Shown here piece after piece: positions 27,224-36,224 of a stretch of 64,000 nt of DNA. Each line of letters starts with the position of its first letter. Position 1 is the stretch's first letter. The notes beneath the pieces are model-generated. The model was given only the letters and a program-made list of their open reading frames with translations. It was not told the origin of the DNA and did not search any database. Made by a program: the position numbers and the translations under genes. Source of the DNA: Lachnospiraceae bacterium (lineage in GTDB: Bacteria > Bacillota > Clostridia > Lachnospirales > Lachnospiraceae); contig JBJEML010000039.1 in assembly GCA_051879675.1 (NCBI GenBank), forward strand, positions 672 to 64,671. The letters run 5' to 3'.

Positions 27224-29502
27224 AAAAGAATAAAAAGTATCTCGCACGTGTTTTTGTGGGACTGATGCTTCTGGTGATCTATCTGCCGATTCTGGTCTTA
27301 ATGGTGTACAGCTTTACGACATCGACGACGATCGGAGCGATCCGTGGGTTTTCGTTGCAAAATTATGTGACGCTTTTTTCCAATGAGGAGCTGCGCGGGA
27401 TGATCTTTGGAACAGTGGCACTGGCGTTTGGCGCTGCCCTGATTGCCACGCTTCTCGGTACGCTGGGCGCGATCGGAGGATTTTACTCCAAAGCAGTGTC
27501 CGGCGGCTATATCTCGGCATTGAATGAAGTGCCGGTTGTCAATGCGGATGTTGTGACCGGTTTTTCCATCTGCATCGCACTGGTTGTTGTGTGCGGGATT
27601 GACAAGAGCACCTTTCTTCCTTTGGTAGTCGGGCATGTGGTGCTCTCGGCACCGTTTGTCTACCTGTCCGTGATACCGAAATTAAAACAGATGGATCCAA
27701 GCCTTTACGAGGCCGCAATGGATCTGGGTGCGACGCCCACGCAGGCGCTCACCAAGGTTGTGCTGCCACAGATCGCATCGGGTGTTGTTTCCGGCTTTGC
27801 GCTGGCGCTGACACTCTCGCTGGATGATTATTTCATTGCGAGCTACACGAAGCCGGCGACCTTTGACACGATCAGCACCTATGTCGTGAATGCCACCAAG
27901 GGCTCACAGACAGAGATCAAGACGGCGCTTTGGGCGCTGTCCACCGTGATCTTTTTCGTGGTCATTCTTGTGGTCGTGCTCATGAACACGGCGGGAAAGA
28001 AAAATGTCCAGAAAACCGCGCTTGCGGTCGCACTGTTTATCAGCGCAGGGGCGCTTACAGCTGTTTTCTCACCGGAGACGGTACTGGCAGCGGATGATGA
28101 GATCGTGCTGCGTGTCTGCAACTGGGAGGAATACATTGACCTCGGTGACTGGGACGAGGAGGAAGAACTGATCGAACTGGATAACGGAGCGGAGATTCTC
28201 GGTGTCAATCCGATGTATAATGATTTTGAGGACTGGTACTTCGAGACAACCGGAAAAAAGGTGCGTGTCGAGTATTCCTGCTTTGGAACAAATGAGGATC
28301 TGTACAATCAGCTCACACTCGGTGATACCTACGATCTGGTATGCCCCTCCGACTACATGCTCATGAAGCTGATGGCGGAGAACATGGCAGAGCCTTTTTC
28401 AGAGCAGTTTTTTGACAGAGGGAACGAGGATAACTATTATGTGCGCGGTGTGTCTCCGTATATTTCGCAGGTGTTTGAAGAAAATGAGATCAATGGTAAA
28501 GCATGGGAAAAGTATGCTGCCTGCTACATGTGGGGAACGACCGGTGTGCTCTATAATCCTGAGTTGATGAGCGAGGAGGAGGCATCGACATGGTCGGTGT
28601 TCGACAACCCGAAATTTTACCGCCAGATGACCCTGAAGGATAACGTGCGCGACACCTATTTTGCAGCGCTCGGTTATCTGCGGGCAAACGAACTGACAGC
28701 AGAGGAGTTCCTGGCAGATCCGGATTATCAGGAAAAACTGACAGATGTTATGAACGATGTTACGCCGGAGACGATTGCCGAGGTGGAGCGGCTTCTGCAG
28801 CATATGATGGGAAATATCTATGCATTGGAGACCGACAGCGGAAAAGCCGATATGGTGACCGGAAAGATCATTGCAAATTATCAGTGGTCGGGAGATGCGG
28901 TCTATGCAATGGATCAGGCAGAAGAGGACGACGTATATCTTGCCTATGCGGTGCCCAAGGAGTGTTCAAACCTCTGGTTCGACGGCTGGATGATGCTTAA
29001 AAAGGGGATTGGCGGAAATCCGGACAAAAAGGCGGCGGCGGAGGCGTTTGTAAACTTCTTGTCACGTCCCGACAATGCAGTGCGCAATATGTATTATATC
29101 GGCTATACTTCTGCAATCGGCGGCGGTGAGGATGATACGGTCTTTTCCTACCTCGACTGGTGCTACGGTGCGGAGGACGAGGAGGAAGAACTGATCCCGT
29201 ATCCGCTCGGATATTTCTTCAGCGGCGATAATGCAGATGAGGACTATGTCGTGTATACGACAGAGGATCAGATTGGCAGACAGCTCTACACGCAGTATCC
29301 GTCGCAGGAGATTATCGAGCGGACTGCGATCATGGGTTATTTTGACGAGACAGAGACGAAAAACATCAACCAGATGTGGATCAATATAAGGTGCTTTCAT
29401 ATTGCAGATGTCCCGGCAGGTGTATGGGTGTTTGTAGCAGCTGTGGTACTGGTTATCCTGGCGGCTTATGTACACCATCGCAGAAACCAGATGTGGAGAT
29501 AA
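27220..29502 (+). CDS. potCD: Fused PotC permease + PotD substrate-binding protein with C-terminal TM anchor
   Basis: N-terminal permease (YEAAMDLGA, SLDDY), then an SBP domain (NWEEYID, YDLVCPSDY, YMWGT, WSGDA, WFDGW), ending in hydrophobic VWVFVAAVVLVILAAY. Confidence 0.88.
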   Translation: MKKNKKYLARVFVGLMLLVIYLPILVLMVYSFTTSTTIGAIRGFSLQNYVTLFSNEELRGMIFGTVALAFGAALIATLLGTLGAIGGFYSKAVSGGYISALNEVPVVNADVVTGFSICIALVVVCGIDKSTFLPLVVGHVVLSAPFVYLSVIPKLKQMDPSLYEAAMDLGATPTQALTKVVLPQIASGVVSGFALALTLSLDDYFIASYTKPATFDTISTYVVNATKGSQTEIKTALWALSTVIFFVVILVVVLMNTAGKKNVQKTALAVALFISAGALTAVFSPETVLAADDEIVLRVCNWEEYIDLGDWDEEEELIELDNGAEILGVNPMYNDFEDWYFETTGKKVRVEYSCFGTNEDLYNQLTLGDTYDLVCPSDYMLMKLMAENMAEPFSEQFFDRGNEDNYYVRGVSPYISQVFEENEINGKAWEKYAACYMWGTTGVLYNPELMSEEEASTWSVFDNPKFYRQMTLKDNVRDTYFAALGYLRANELTAEEFLADPDYQEKLTDVMNDVTPETIAEVERLLQHMMGNIYALETDSGKADMVTGKIIANYQWSGDAVYAMDQAEEDDVYLAYAVPKECSNLWFDGWMMLKKGIGGNPDKKAAAEAFVNFLSRPDNAVRNMYYIGYTSAIGGGEDDTVFSYLDWCYGAEDEEEELIPYPLGYFFSGDNADEDYVVYTTEDQIGRQLYTQYPSQEIIERTAIMGYFDETETKNINQMWINIRCFHIADVPAGVWVFVAAVVLVILAAYVHHRRNQMWR

Positions 29503-29549
29503 AATTGTAAACAAAAATGTTATATTTGACGAAAAATACCTGATAATGT

Positions 29550-29619
29550 TTGACTGAAATGTGAATTTCGTCTATAATAAAGAAGTCGGCGGTTGTTCGC
29601 AAGGTGGACAACCGCCGAA
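29550..29619 (+). promoter_or_regulatory. sigma70 promoter plus strong 5'-UTR hairpin upstream of the ycsG-like gene
   Basis: TTGACT(29550)-17 bp-TATAAT(29573); hairpin tcggcggttgt...acaaccgccga at 29587-29619. Confidence 0.65.
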
Positions 29620-29647
29620 ATTGTATATTTTTTAGGAGGATTTTGTT

Positions 29648-30850
29648 ATGGCAGAAAAGAAAAAAGGCGGCGGCGCCCTGCTCGGTGCAGCATTTTTGAT
29701 GGCGACTTCCGCAATCGGACCCGGATTTTTGACACAGACAGCGACATTTACCGGTCAGCTGAAATCCAGCTTTGGATTTGTAATCCTTGTATCAATCATC
29801 CTTTCGGCAATCGCACAGCTCAATATCTGGCGTGTGCTCTGTACAACCGGTCTTCGTGGTCAGGATGTGGCAAATAAGGTGCTTCCCGGTCTTGGATATT
29901 TTGTATCATTCATGATCGTGCTCGGCGGTCTTGTTTTCAATATCGGTAACGTCGGCGGCGGTGCACTCGGTTTCAATACGCTGCTCGGTATTCCCACATG
30001 GCTCGGCTACATTCTTGCCGGAGCTCTGGCGATCGTTGTATTTTTGCTGAAAAATGCGAAGGCAGCCATGGATACACTGACAAAGGTACTCGGCGGTGTC
30101 ATGATCGTCGTGATCCTGATTGTGATCTTTGTGGTAAAGCCGCCTATGGGCGATGCACTGCAGCATACGTTTATTCCTGACGCAGAGACCAAGTCTCTGT
30201 TCAATGCAATTCTGACTCTCATGGGTGGAACTGTAGGCGGATATATCACATTTGCCGGTGCACATCGTCTGATCGATGCAGGTATCACCGGAAAAGAGAA
30301 TAAAAAAGAGATCACAAAGAGTTCCGTTATGGGTATCGTGATCGCAACGATCGTTCGTATTTTCCTGTTCCTCGCAGTGCTCGGCGTTGTTGTAAAGGGC
30401 GTAGAGCTGGATGCTGCAAACCCCGCAGCGGATGCATTCCGTCAGGGCGCAGGTGAGATCGGATATCGCTTTGCAGGTCTGGTACTGCTGTGTGCGGCAA
30501 TCACTTCTATCATTGGTGCAGCTTACACCTCAGTTTCTTTCTTAAAGACTTTCAACAAGAAGATTGAAGAGAAAGAGAACTATGTGATCATTGCATTTAT
30601 CGCAGTGTCTACACTGATCATGCTGATCCTTGGAAATCCTGCATTACTTCTTGTATTTGCAGGTGCGTTTAACGGACTGATCCTTCCTATTACACTGGGT
30701 ATCTGTCTGATCGCAGCACATAAAAAGTCTGTTATGGGAGAGGGCTACAAGCACCCGATCGTGCTGACGATCTTAGGCATTATTGTAGTTGCTTTATCTG
30801 CATACATGGGTGTAACGACCTTTGTGACAAAAATTGCAGGATTGTTCTAA
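29648..30850 (+). CDS. NRAMP-like transporter (YcsG-like, putative 5-oxoproline permease)
   Basis: LLGAAFLMATSAIGPGFLTQT, FNIGN, GGTVGGYITF and SIIGAAYTSVSF motifs; adjacent to pxp genes. Confidence 0.85.
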   Translation: MAEKKKGGGALLGAAFLMATSAIGPGFLTQTATFTGQLKSSFGFVILVSIILSAIAQLNIWRVLCTTGLRGQDVANKVLPGLGYFVSFMIVLGGLVFNIGNVGGGALGFNTLLGIPTWLGYILAGALAIVVFLLKNAKAAMDTLTKVLGGVMIVVILIVIFVVKPPMGDALQHTFIPDAETKSLFNAILTLMGGTVGGYITFAGAHRLIDAGITGKENKKEITKSSVMGIVIATIVRIFLFLAVLGVVVKGVELDAANPAADAFRQGAGEIGYRFAGLVLLCAAITSIIGAAYTSVSFLKTFNKKIEEKENYVIIAFIAVSTLIMLILGNPALLLVFAGAFNGLILPITLGICLIAAHKKSVMGEGYKHPIVLTILGIIVVALSAYMGVTTFVTKIAGLF

Positions 30851-30875
30851 TATTCTAATTAAAAAGTGAGATGCT

Positions 30876-30912
30876 AAAAGGGTGCAATGTGCAGCACATT
30901 GCACCCTTTTTT
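30876..30912 (+). terminator. Intrinsic terminator/attenuator between the transporter and pxpB
   Basis: Hairpin aaaagggtgcaatgtg-cag-cacattgcaccctttttt. Confidence 0.8.
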
Positions 30913-30937
30913 ATAAAGAACCGGAAGGAGGGTTTTC

Positions 30938-31666
30938 ATGCAGAATGTGAAAATTATGACAGCGGGCGACAGCTCAATCCTGATTCAGTTCGGCAGTTCC
31001 ATTGACCCGGATATCAATGCAAGGATTGCTGCGACGGTTCAGCTCATGAAGGAACAGCATATTGAGGGGGTTGTGGATATCATACCGGCGTTTTGTTCGC
31101 TGCTCATCAATTATGATCCGCGCGTGATTTCCTATGACGAGATGAAAACGCGAATGGAGAAGATTCTGTCTATTGAGATCGCAGCAGGCGCACGCAAGAA
31201 AAAGGTGCACGAGATACCGGTGTGCTACGGCGGTGAATTTGGACCGGATCTGCCGACCATTGCGGAGCATGCGGGACTTTCCGAACAGGAGGTTATCGAC
31301 ATCCACAGTTCTACCGATTATCTGATCTATATGCTGGGCTTTTTGCCGGGATTCACTTATCTTGGCGGACTGGACGAGCGTATTCACACGCCGCGCCTTG
31401 CCAATCCGCGTATCCGTATTCCTGCGGGAAGTGTCGGTATTGGAGGCTCACAGACCGGTATCTATCCGATGGACTCGCCGGGTGGCTGGCAGCTCATGGG
31501 AATGACACCGGTAAAAACATATGATCCGGACCGAGAGGTGCCGATTCTCGTGGAGGCGGGTGATTACATCCGTTTTGTTCCGGTTGATCGTGCTGAATAT
31601 GACCGTATCAAGGGAGAAGTCGAACAGGGAACTTATACGGTACGGGTTGTAGAAGGGGAGGTGTGA
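30938..31666 (+). CDS. pxpB: 5-oxoprolinase subunit B (allophanate hydrolase subunit 1/KipI-like)
   Basis: IPVCYGGEFGPDL, GFLPGFTYL and GSVGIGGSQTGIYPMDSPGGWQ motifs. Confidence 0.9.
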   Translation: MQNVKIMTAGDSSILIQFGSSIDPDINARIAATVQLMKEQHIEGVVDIIPAFCSLLINYDPRVISYDEMKTRMEKILSIEIAAGARKKKVHEIPVCYGGEFGPDLPTIAEHAGLSEQEVIDIHSSTDYLIYMLGFLPGFTYLGGLDERIHTPRLANPRIRIPAGSVGIGGSQTGIYPMDSPGGWQLMGMTPVKTYDPDREVPILVEAGDYIRFVPVDRAEYDRIKGEVEQGTYTVRVVEGEV

Positions 31667-31671
31667 CCGTT

Positions 31672-32676
31672 ATGGGTATTCGTGTATTAAAGGCAGGTAT
31701 GCTGACGACCGTACAGGATCTCGGTCGCACCGGTTACCAGAGTCAGGGATTTTCCGTGGCGGGTGTCATGGATGTGCGCTCTTTTAAGATCGCAAATCTT
31801 TTACTCGACAATCCGGAAAATGAAGCAGTACTGGAGTTTACGCTGATCGGGCCAACCTTACAGTTTACGTCAGAGACGATCATTGCGATCACGGGAGGCG
31901 ATTTCACACCGACGTTGAACGGTGAACCGGTGCCAATGTATGAGGCCGTGTATGTCAACCGCGGAGATATCTTAAAATTTGGAAGCGCCCGCACCGGAAG
32001 CCGCGGCTATATTGCGTTTTCCAGCTATCTGGATATTCCGGTCGTGATGGGCAGCCGTTGTACGAATCTGAAGAGCAAGATCGGCGGGTTTAAGGGTCGG
32101 AAACTGAAGGATGAGGACTATATCGGCTTTCGTATGAAACGGCGGTATCTGCCGTATTTTCTGTCGAGAAAGCTGAAGGCGGATGATTTCTCCAAAGAGA
32201 GCGAGACGCTCCGTGTCGTATTAGGCCCGCAGGATGAGATGTTCAGCAAACAGGGCATCGAGACGTTCCTGGCGCAGGAGTATACGGTTACCAGCGATTT
32301 TGACCGGATGGGCTGTCGTCTGGAAGGACCTTTTATCGCGGCAAAAAATACGACGGACATGATCTCGGACGGTATTGCTTACGGCTCCGTTCAGGTGCCG
32401 AGCCACGGCAAACCGATCATCCTGCTGTCTGATCGTCAGACGACCGGTGGCTATCCGAAGATAGCGACAGTCGCATCCGTGGATATACCGAAGCTGGTAC
32501 AGCGCAAGACCGACCACAAGATCCGGTTTACTGCGATCAGCGTGCAGGAAGCGCAGAAGCTTTATCGGGAAGAGGAAAAGGCATATGAGAAAATGCGAAG
32601 CGAGATCCATGTGCCGTGCAAAGAGGTGCTGGACTGTCGTCTGGTGGCAAAGCGCGTGAGCAAGCTGTTTGAGTAG
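31672..32676 (+). CDS. pxpC: 5-oxoprolinase subunit C (biotin-dependent carboxyltransferase/KipA-like)
   Basis: TTVQDLGR, GVMD, DRMGCRL, QVP and DRQTTGGYPKIA motifs; ATG 31672 after ggaggtg. Confidence 0.9.
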   Translation: MGIRVLKAGMLTTVQDLGRTGYQSQGFSVAGVMDVRSFKIANLLLDNPENEAVLEFTLIGPTLQFTSETIIAITGGDFTPTLNGEPVPMYEAVYVNRGDILKFGSARTGSRGYIAFSSYLDIPVVMGSRCTNLKSKIGGFKGRKLKDEDYIGFRMKRRYLPYFLSRKLKADDFSKESETLRVVLGPQDEMFSKQGIETFLAQEYTVTSDFDRMGCRLEGPFIAAKNTTDMISDGIAYGSVQVPSHGKPIILLSDRQTTGGYPKIATVASVDIPKLVQRKTDHKIRFTAISVQEAQKLYREEEKAYEKMRSEIHVPCKEVLDCRLVAKRVSKLFE

Positions 32677-32738
32677 GAAGGCATGCCGCACCCGCCGACA
32701 GGCGGGAGGCGATACATTAGATTTAGGAGGAAAAAATC

Positions 32739-33191
32739 ATGAATGTAGAACAGATCGAGAAATTAGTGGAGATCGTAGAGCGGTCTTCCCTGACAGAGTT
32801 TTCTTATAAGGATGACGAGGTAAAGATCACAATGAGTAAGCTGGAGCATGCACCGGTCATTGCAGGTGGTATGCCGATGACACCGCCTGCCTTTGCAACA
32901 CCGGAGAACGCATCAGCACCTGCGGCACCGCAGGCAGAGGCGGAGGATGAGGCAGTGCTTATCACATCTCCGATCGTCGGCACGTTTTATGCGGCTCCGG
33001 CACCGGACGCTGCGCCGTTTGTGAAGGTGGGAGATCATGTAAAGAACGGTCAGACCGTATGTATTTTGGAGGCAATGAAGCTGATGAATGAGATTCAGAG
33101 TGAATTTGACTGCGAGATCGAGGCAGTGCTCGTGAGCAACGAGCAGAAGGTGGAATATGGACAGCCCTTATTCCGTGTAAAAAAGCTCTAA
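32739..33191 (+). CDS. accB: Biotin carboxyl carrier protein
   Basis: SPIVGTFY, EAMKLMNEI biotinylation motif, and a Pro/Ala linker. Confidence 0.93.
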   Translation: MNVEQIEKLVEIVERSSLTEFSYKDDEVKITMSKLEHAPVIAGGMPMTPPAFATPENASAPAAPQAEAEDEAVLITSPIVGTFYAAPAPDAAPFVKVGDHVKNGQTVCILEAMKLMNEIQSEFDCEIEAVLVSNEQKVEYGQPLFRVKKL

Positions 33192-33207
33192 AAGGAGGCG
33201 GTGAGCA

Positions 33208-34551
33208 TTGATAAGTAAAGTATTGATCGCCAACCGCGGTGAAATTGCCGTCCGCATTATCCGTGCCTGCCGGAATATGGGTATCCGAAGCGTGGCTGTC
33301 TATTCAAAAGAGGACGAGAAGAGTCTGCATGTGCAGCTTGCAGACCAGCGCGTGTGTATCGGTGAAGGACCGGCGCGAAACAGCTACCTGAATATGGATC
33401 GTATCATTATGGCTGCAGTTAAGGTCGGTGCAGATGCGATTCATCCCGGTTTTGGTTTTCTTTCCGAGAACAGTGAATTTGTACGTAAATGCCAGGAATA
33501 TGGGCTGACGTTCATCGGTCCGGAGGCAGATGTCATTGACAAAATGGGCAACAAGTCACAGGCGCGTACAACAATGATGGAGGCAGGCGTTCCGGTTGTT
33601 CCGGGTACGAAGGAGCCTGTCTATGATGCAAAGGTAGGACTGGAGCTCGCAGATGAGATTGGATATCCGGTCATGATCAAGGCATCCTCCGGTGGCGGCG
33701 GAAAGGGTATGCGTGTGGCACAGTCGGCGGATGAGTTCGAGTTTCAGTTTAATATTGCGCAGCAGGAATCAGCCAACGCGTTTGGCGACGACACGATGTA
33801 TATCGAGCGATTTGTGGAAAATCCCCGTCATGTGGAGATTCAGATCATTGCGGACACACACGGAAATGTCGTTGCACTCGGAGAGCGTGACTGCTCCGTA
33901 CAGCGTAATCATCAGAAGCTGATCGAGGAGTCGCCCTCACCGGCAATTGACGAGGAGACCCGTCGCAAGATGAACGAATATGCGATTCTTGCAGCAAAAA
34001 CGGTTGGTTATACCAATGCAGGAACCATCGAGTATATTGTTGATCCAAAGGGTGGATTCTATTTTATGGAGATGAATACCCGTATTCAGGTAGAGCATGG
34101 TGTGACAGAGATGGTGACGGGCACAGATCTGATCATCGAACAGATCCGCGTCGCACAAGGCGAGGAACTCAGCTTTAAGCAGGAGGACGTAGCCATTCGT
34201 GGACATGCGATCGAGTGTCGCATCAATGCGGAGATTCCGTCCAAAAACTTTATGCCAAGCCCCGGTGTTGTCGAGCATATCCATTTACCTGCAGGAAACG
34301 GTGTGCGGGTGGATACCGGATTGTACACCGGTTACCGGATTCCGAGTGAGTACGATTCCATGATCGCGAAGGTCATTGTCCATGCACCCGACCGGGAGTC
34401 TGCGCTGCGCAAGATGGCGAGTGCGCTGGACGAGATGGTCATTTTAGGTGTGGAGACAAATCTGGATTTCCAGTACCAGATCATCAGACATCCGGTGTTC
34501 GCAGCAGGAGAGGCAGACACGGGATTTATTGAAAACGTATTAAAGTTGTAG
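33208..34551 (+). CDS. accC: Biotin carboxylase
   Basis: LIANRGEIAVRI, HPGFGFLSEN, GGGGKGMR, RDCSVQR and EMNTRIQVEH motifs. Confidence 0.95.
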   Translation: MISKVLIANRGEIAVRIIRACRNMGIRSVAVYSKEDEKSLHVQLADQRVCIGEGPARNSYLNMDRIIMAAVKVGADAIHPGFGFLSENSEFVRKCQEYGLTFIGPEADVIDKMGNKSQARTTMMEAGVPVVPGTKEPVYDAKVGLELADEIGYPVMIKASSGGGGKGMRVAQSADEFEFQFNIAQQESANAFGDDTMYIERFVENPRHVEIQIIADTHGNVVALGERDCSVQRNHQKLIEESPSPAIDEETRRKMNEYAILAAKTVGYTNAGTIEYIVDPKGGFYFMEMNTRIQVEHGVTEMVTGTDLIIEQIRVAQGEELSFKQEDVAIRGHAIECRINAEIPSKNFMPSPGVVEHIHLPAGNGVRVDTGLYTGYRIPSEYDSMIAKVIVHAPDRESALRKMASALDEMVILGVETNLDFQYQIIRHPVFAAGEADTGFIENVLKL

Positions 34552-34561
34552 GAGAGAAACT

Positions 34562-35329
34562 ATGTATCAGATAGATTTGAATTGTGATCTTGGTGAGAGC
34601 TTTGGGCGATATACGCTCGGGCTGGATGAACAGGTGATTCCGCTCATTACATCGGCAAATGTGGCTTGCGGTTATCATGCGTCCGATCCACTGGTGATGG
34701 ACCGGACGATCACGCTGGCAAAAGAGGCAGGCATCCGTGTCGGTGCGCATCCGGGCTACCCGGATCTGCAGGGCTTTGGCAGGAGAAATATGGATGTATC
34801 GCCGGCAGAGGCAAAGGCGTATACCACATATCAGCTTGGAGCACTGGATGCTTTTTGTAAGTCAAAGGGCGTGAAAATGCAACATGTCAAGCCGCACGGT
34901 GCGATGTATAATATGGCGGGCAAGGATTATGCACTTGCAAAGGGAATCGCCGAGGCAATTTATGAATATGATAAGGATCTTATTGTGATGGCGCTTGCCA
35001 GCGGACAGCTCGTGCAGGCAGCAAAGAACATGGGGCTGCGTGTTGCTAGGGAGTATTTCACCGACCGTGCTTATGAGGCGGACGGATCACTTGTCAATCG
35101 CAGAAAAGAAGGTGCGATGATCACCGACGAGAATGAGGCGATCGAGCGCGCCATCCGCATGGTGAAGGAGCACAAGGTGCGTGCCGTCGATGGCACGGAC
35201 ATCGAGCTGTGTGCCGAGAGTGTCTGCGTGCATGGCGATGGCGCCAAGGCGCTGGAGTTTGTGAAAAAGATCCGCAGTGCCTTTGAAGCTGAAGGTATCA
35301 CGATCGCGCCACTGGCGGAGATCGTGTAG
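34562..35329 (+). CDS. pxpA: 5-oxoprolinase subunit A (LamB/YcsF)
   Basis: DLNCDLGESFG, SANVACGYHA, GAHPGYPDLQGFGRR, HVKPHGAMYN and CVHGD motifs. Confidence 0.95.
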   Translation: MYQIDLNCDLGESFGRYTLGLDEQVIPLITSANVACGYHASDPLVMDRTITLAKEAGIRVGAHPGYPDLQGFGRRNMDVSPAEAKAYTTYQLGALDAFCKSKGVKMQHVKPHGAMYNMAGKDYALAKGIAEAIYEYDKDLIVMALASGQLVQAAKNMGLRVAREYFTDRAYEADGSLVNRRKEGAMITDENEAIERAIRMVKEHKVRAVDGTDIELCAESVCVHGDGAKALEFVKKIRSAFEAEGITIAPLAEIV

Positions 35330-35338
35330 TTTCTGATT

Positions 35339-35533
35339 GAATTCAAATCACCACTCCGCATCCGACTCTGCAGGCATGTGTACCTGTAGAACCTTGCGCG
35401 AACCATTCCGAAGAGCCTTTTCAAAAACGAAATTGTGTCAGCAAAGGCTTCCACAATTTGAAAGTCTCTTCTTCATCGCGCAAGAAAGTCATACAGGCAC
35501 ACATATCCTGCGTTCGGATGCTCATTGAAATTC
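35339..35533 (-). repeat. ~195 nt long imperfect inverted-repeat (rod-like) intergenic element; MITE/REP-like or ncRNA
   Basis: Nested pairings gcatccga/tcggatgc, gcagg/cctgc, atgtgtacctgta/tacaggcacacat, cttgcgcga/tcgcgcaag, gaagag/ctcttc and aaattgtg/cacaattt. Confidence 0.7.
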
Positions 35534-35563
35534 CACTAGCATATTATATTTATGTGGCGTGTG

Positions 35564-36109
35564 TTACAGATGTACCACAATATAATCATGGTGCACTGCC
35601 TGTAAGAATGTCTCGAACACATCCTTCGTGCGTAGCTTCAGGCTCGACGTATTGATGCACGGATGGCAGCCGAAATATTCTGCGTTCAGCACATCTTCAT
35701 CGACGAGAAGCTGTACATGATTTTCGTGGTCGTTCATCAGACCGAGCACGCTGACGGAGCCGGGTGTGATGTCCAGATACTCTGCCATGTGTTCTTCGTC
35801 TGCAAAAGAGAGGCGGGGACTGCCGATCTGTTTGGAGATGTCTTTTGTGACAAACTGCTTTTCGCCGCTCATGGCGAGCAGATAAAAGTTTGTTTTCTGG
35901 CGGTTGCACAGAAAGAGATTCTTGCAGATTGTGGCATCACCCAGCACTTTATCGACTGCGGCACACGCCTCGATCGTCATTGCGGGCTCGTGATCCACCC
36001 GTTCATATTCGATTCCCAGGGAATCAAGCAGATCATAACAGCGGACTTCTTTATCTAACCGGCGCTCCTTGGTGATGGGGCGCCCTTTGTGTAATATCAG
36101 TTCCATCAT
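35564..36109 (-). CDS. YbaK/ProX (PrdX)-family aminoacyl-tRNA editing protein
   Basis: KNLFL, RLSFA, TPGSVSVLGL and HPCINT motifs. Confidence 0.88.
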   Translation of the reverse strand: MMELILHKGRPITKERRLDKEVRCYDLLDSLGIEYERVDHEPAMTIEACAAVDKVLGDATICKNLFLCNRQKTNFYLLAMSGEKQFVTKDISKQIGSPRLSFADEEHMAEYLDITPGSVSVLGLMNDHENHVQLLVDEDVLNAEYFGCHPCINTSSLKLRTKDVFETFLQAVHHDYIVVHL

Positions 36110-36224
36110 GCGTTTGTCCTTCCATAATTTGTGTGGCGCTCGTCAATCATGCGAACATGTTGGCTTGCTTGCACTCATTATATCTCATTTCCACGAAAAA
36201 TCAATGAGATCAGGAGGGTGGTGT

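Noticed and set aside
35339-35533. 6S RNA
   Set aside because: Size and rod shape fit, but I see no large central bubble and no clear dedicated promoter; not supported without an Rfam search.
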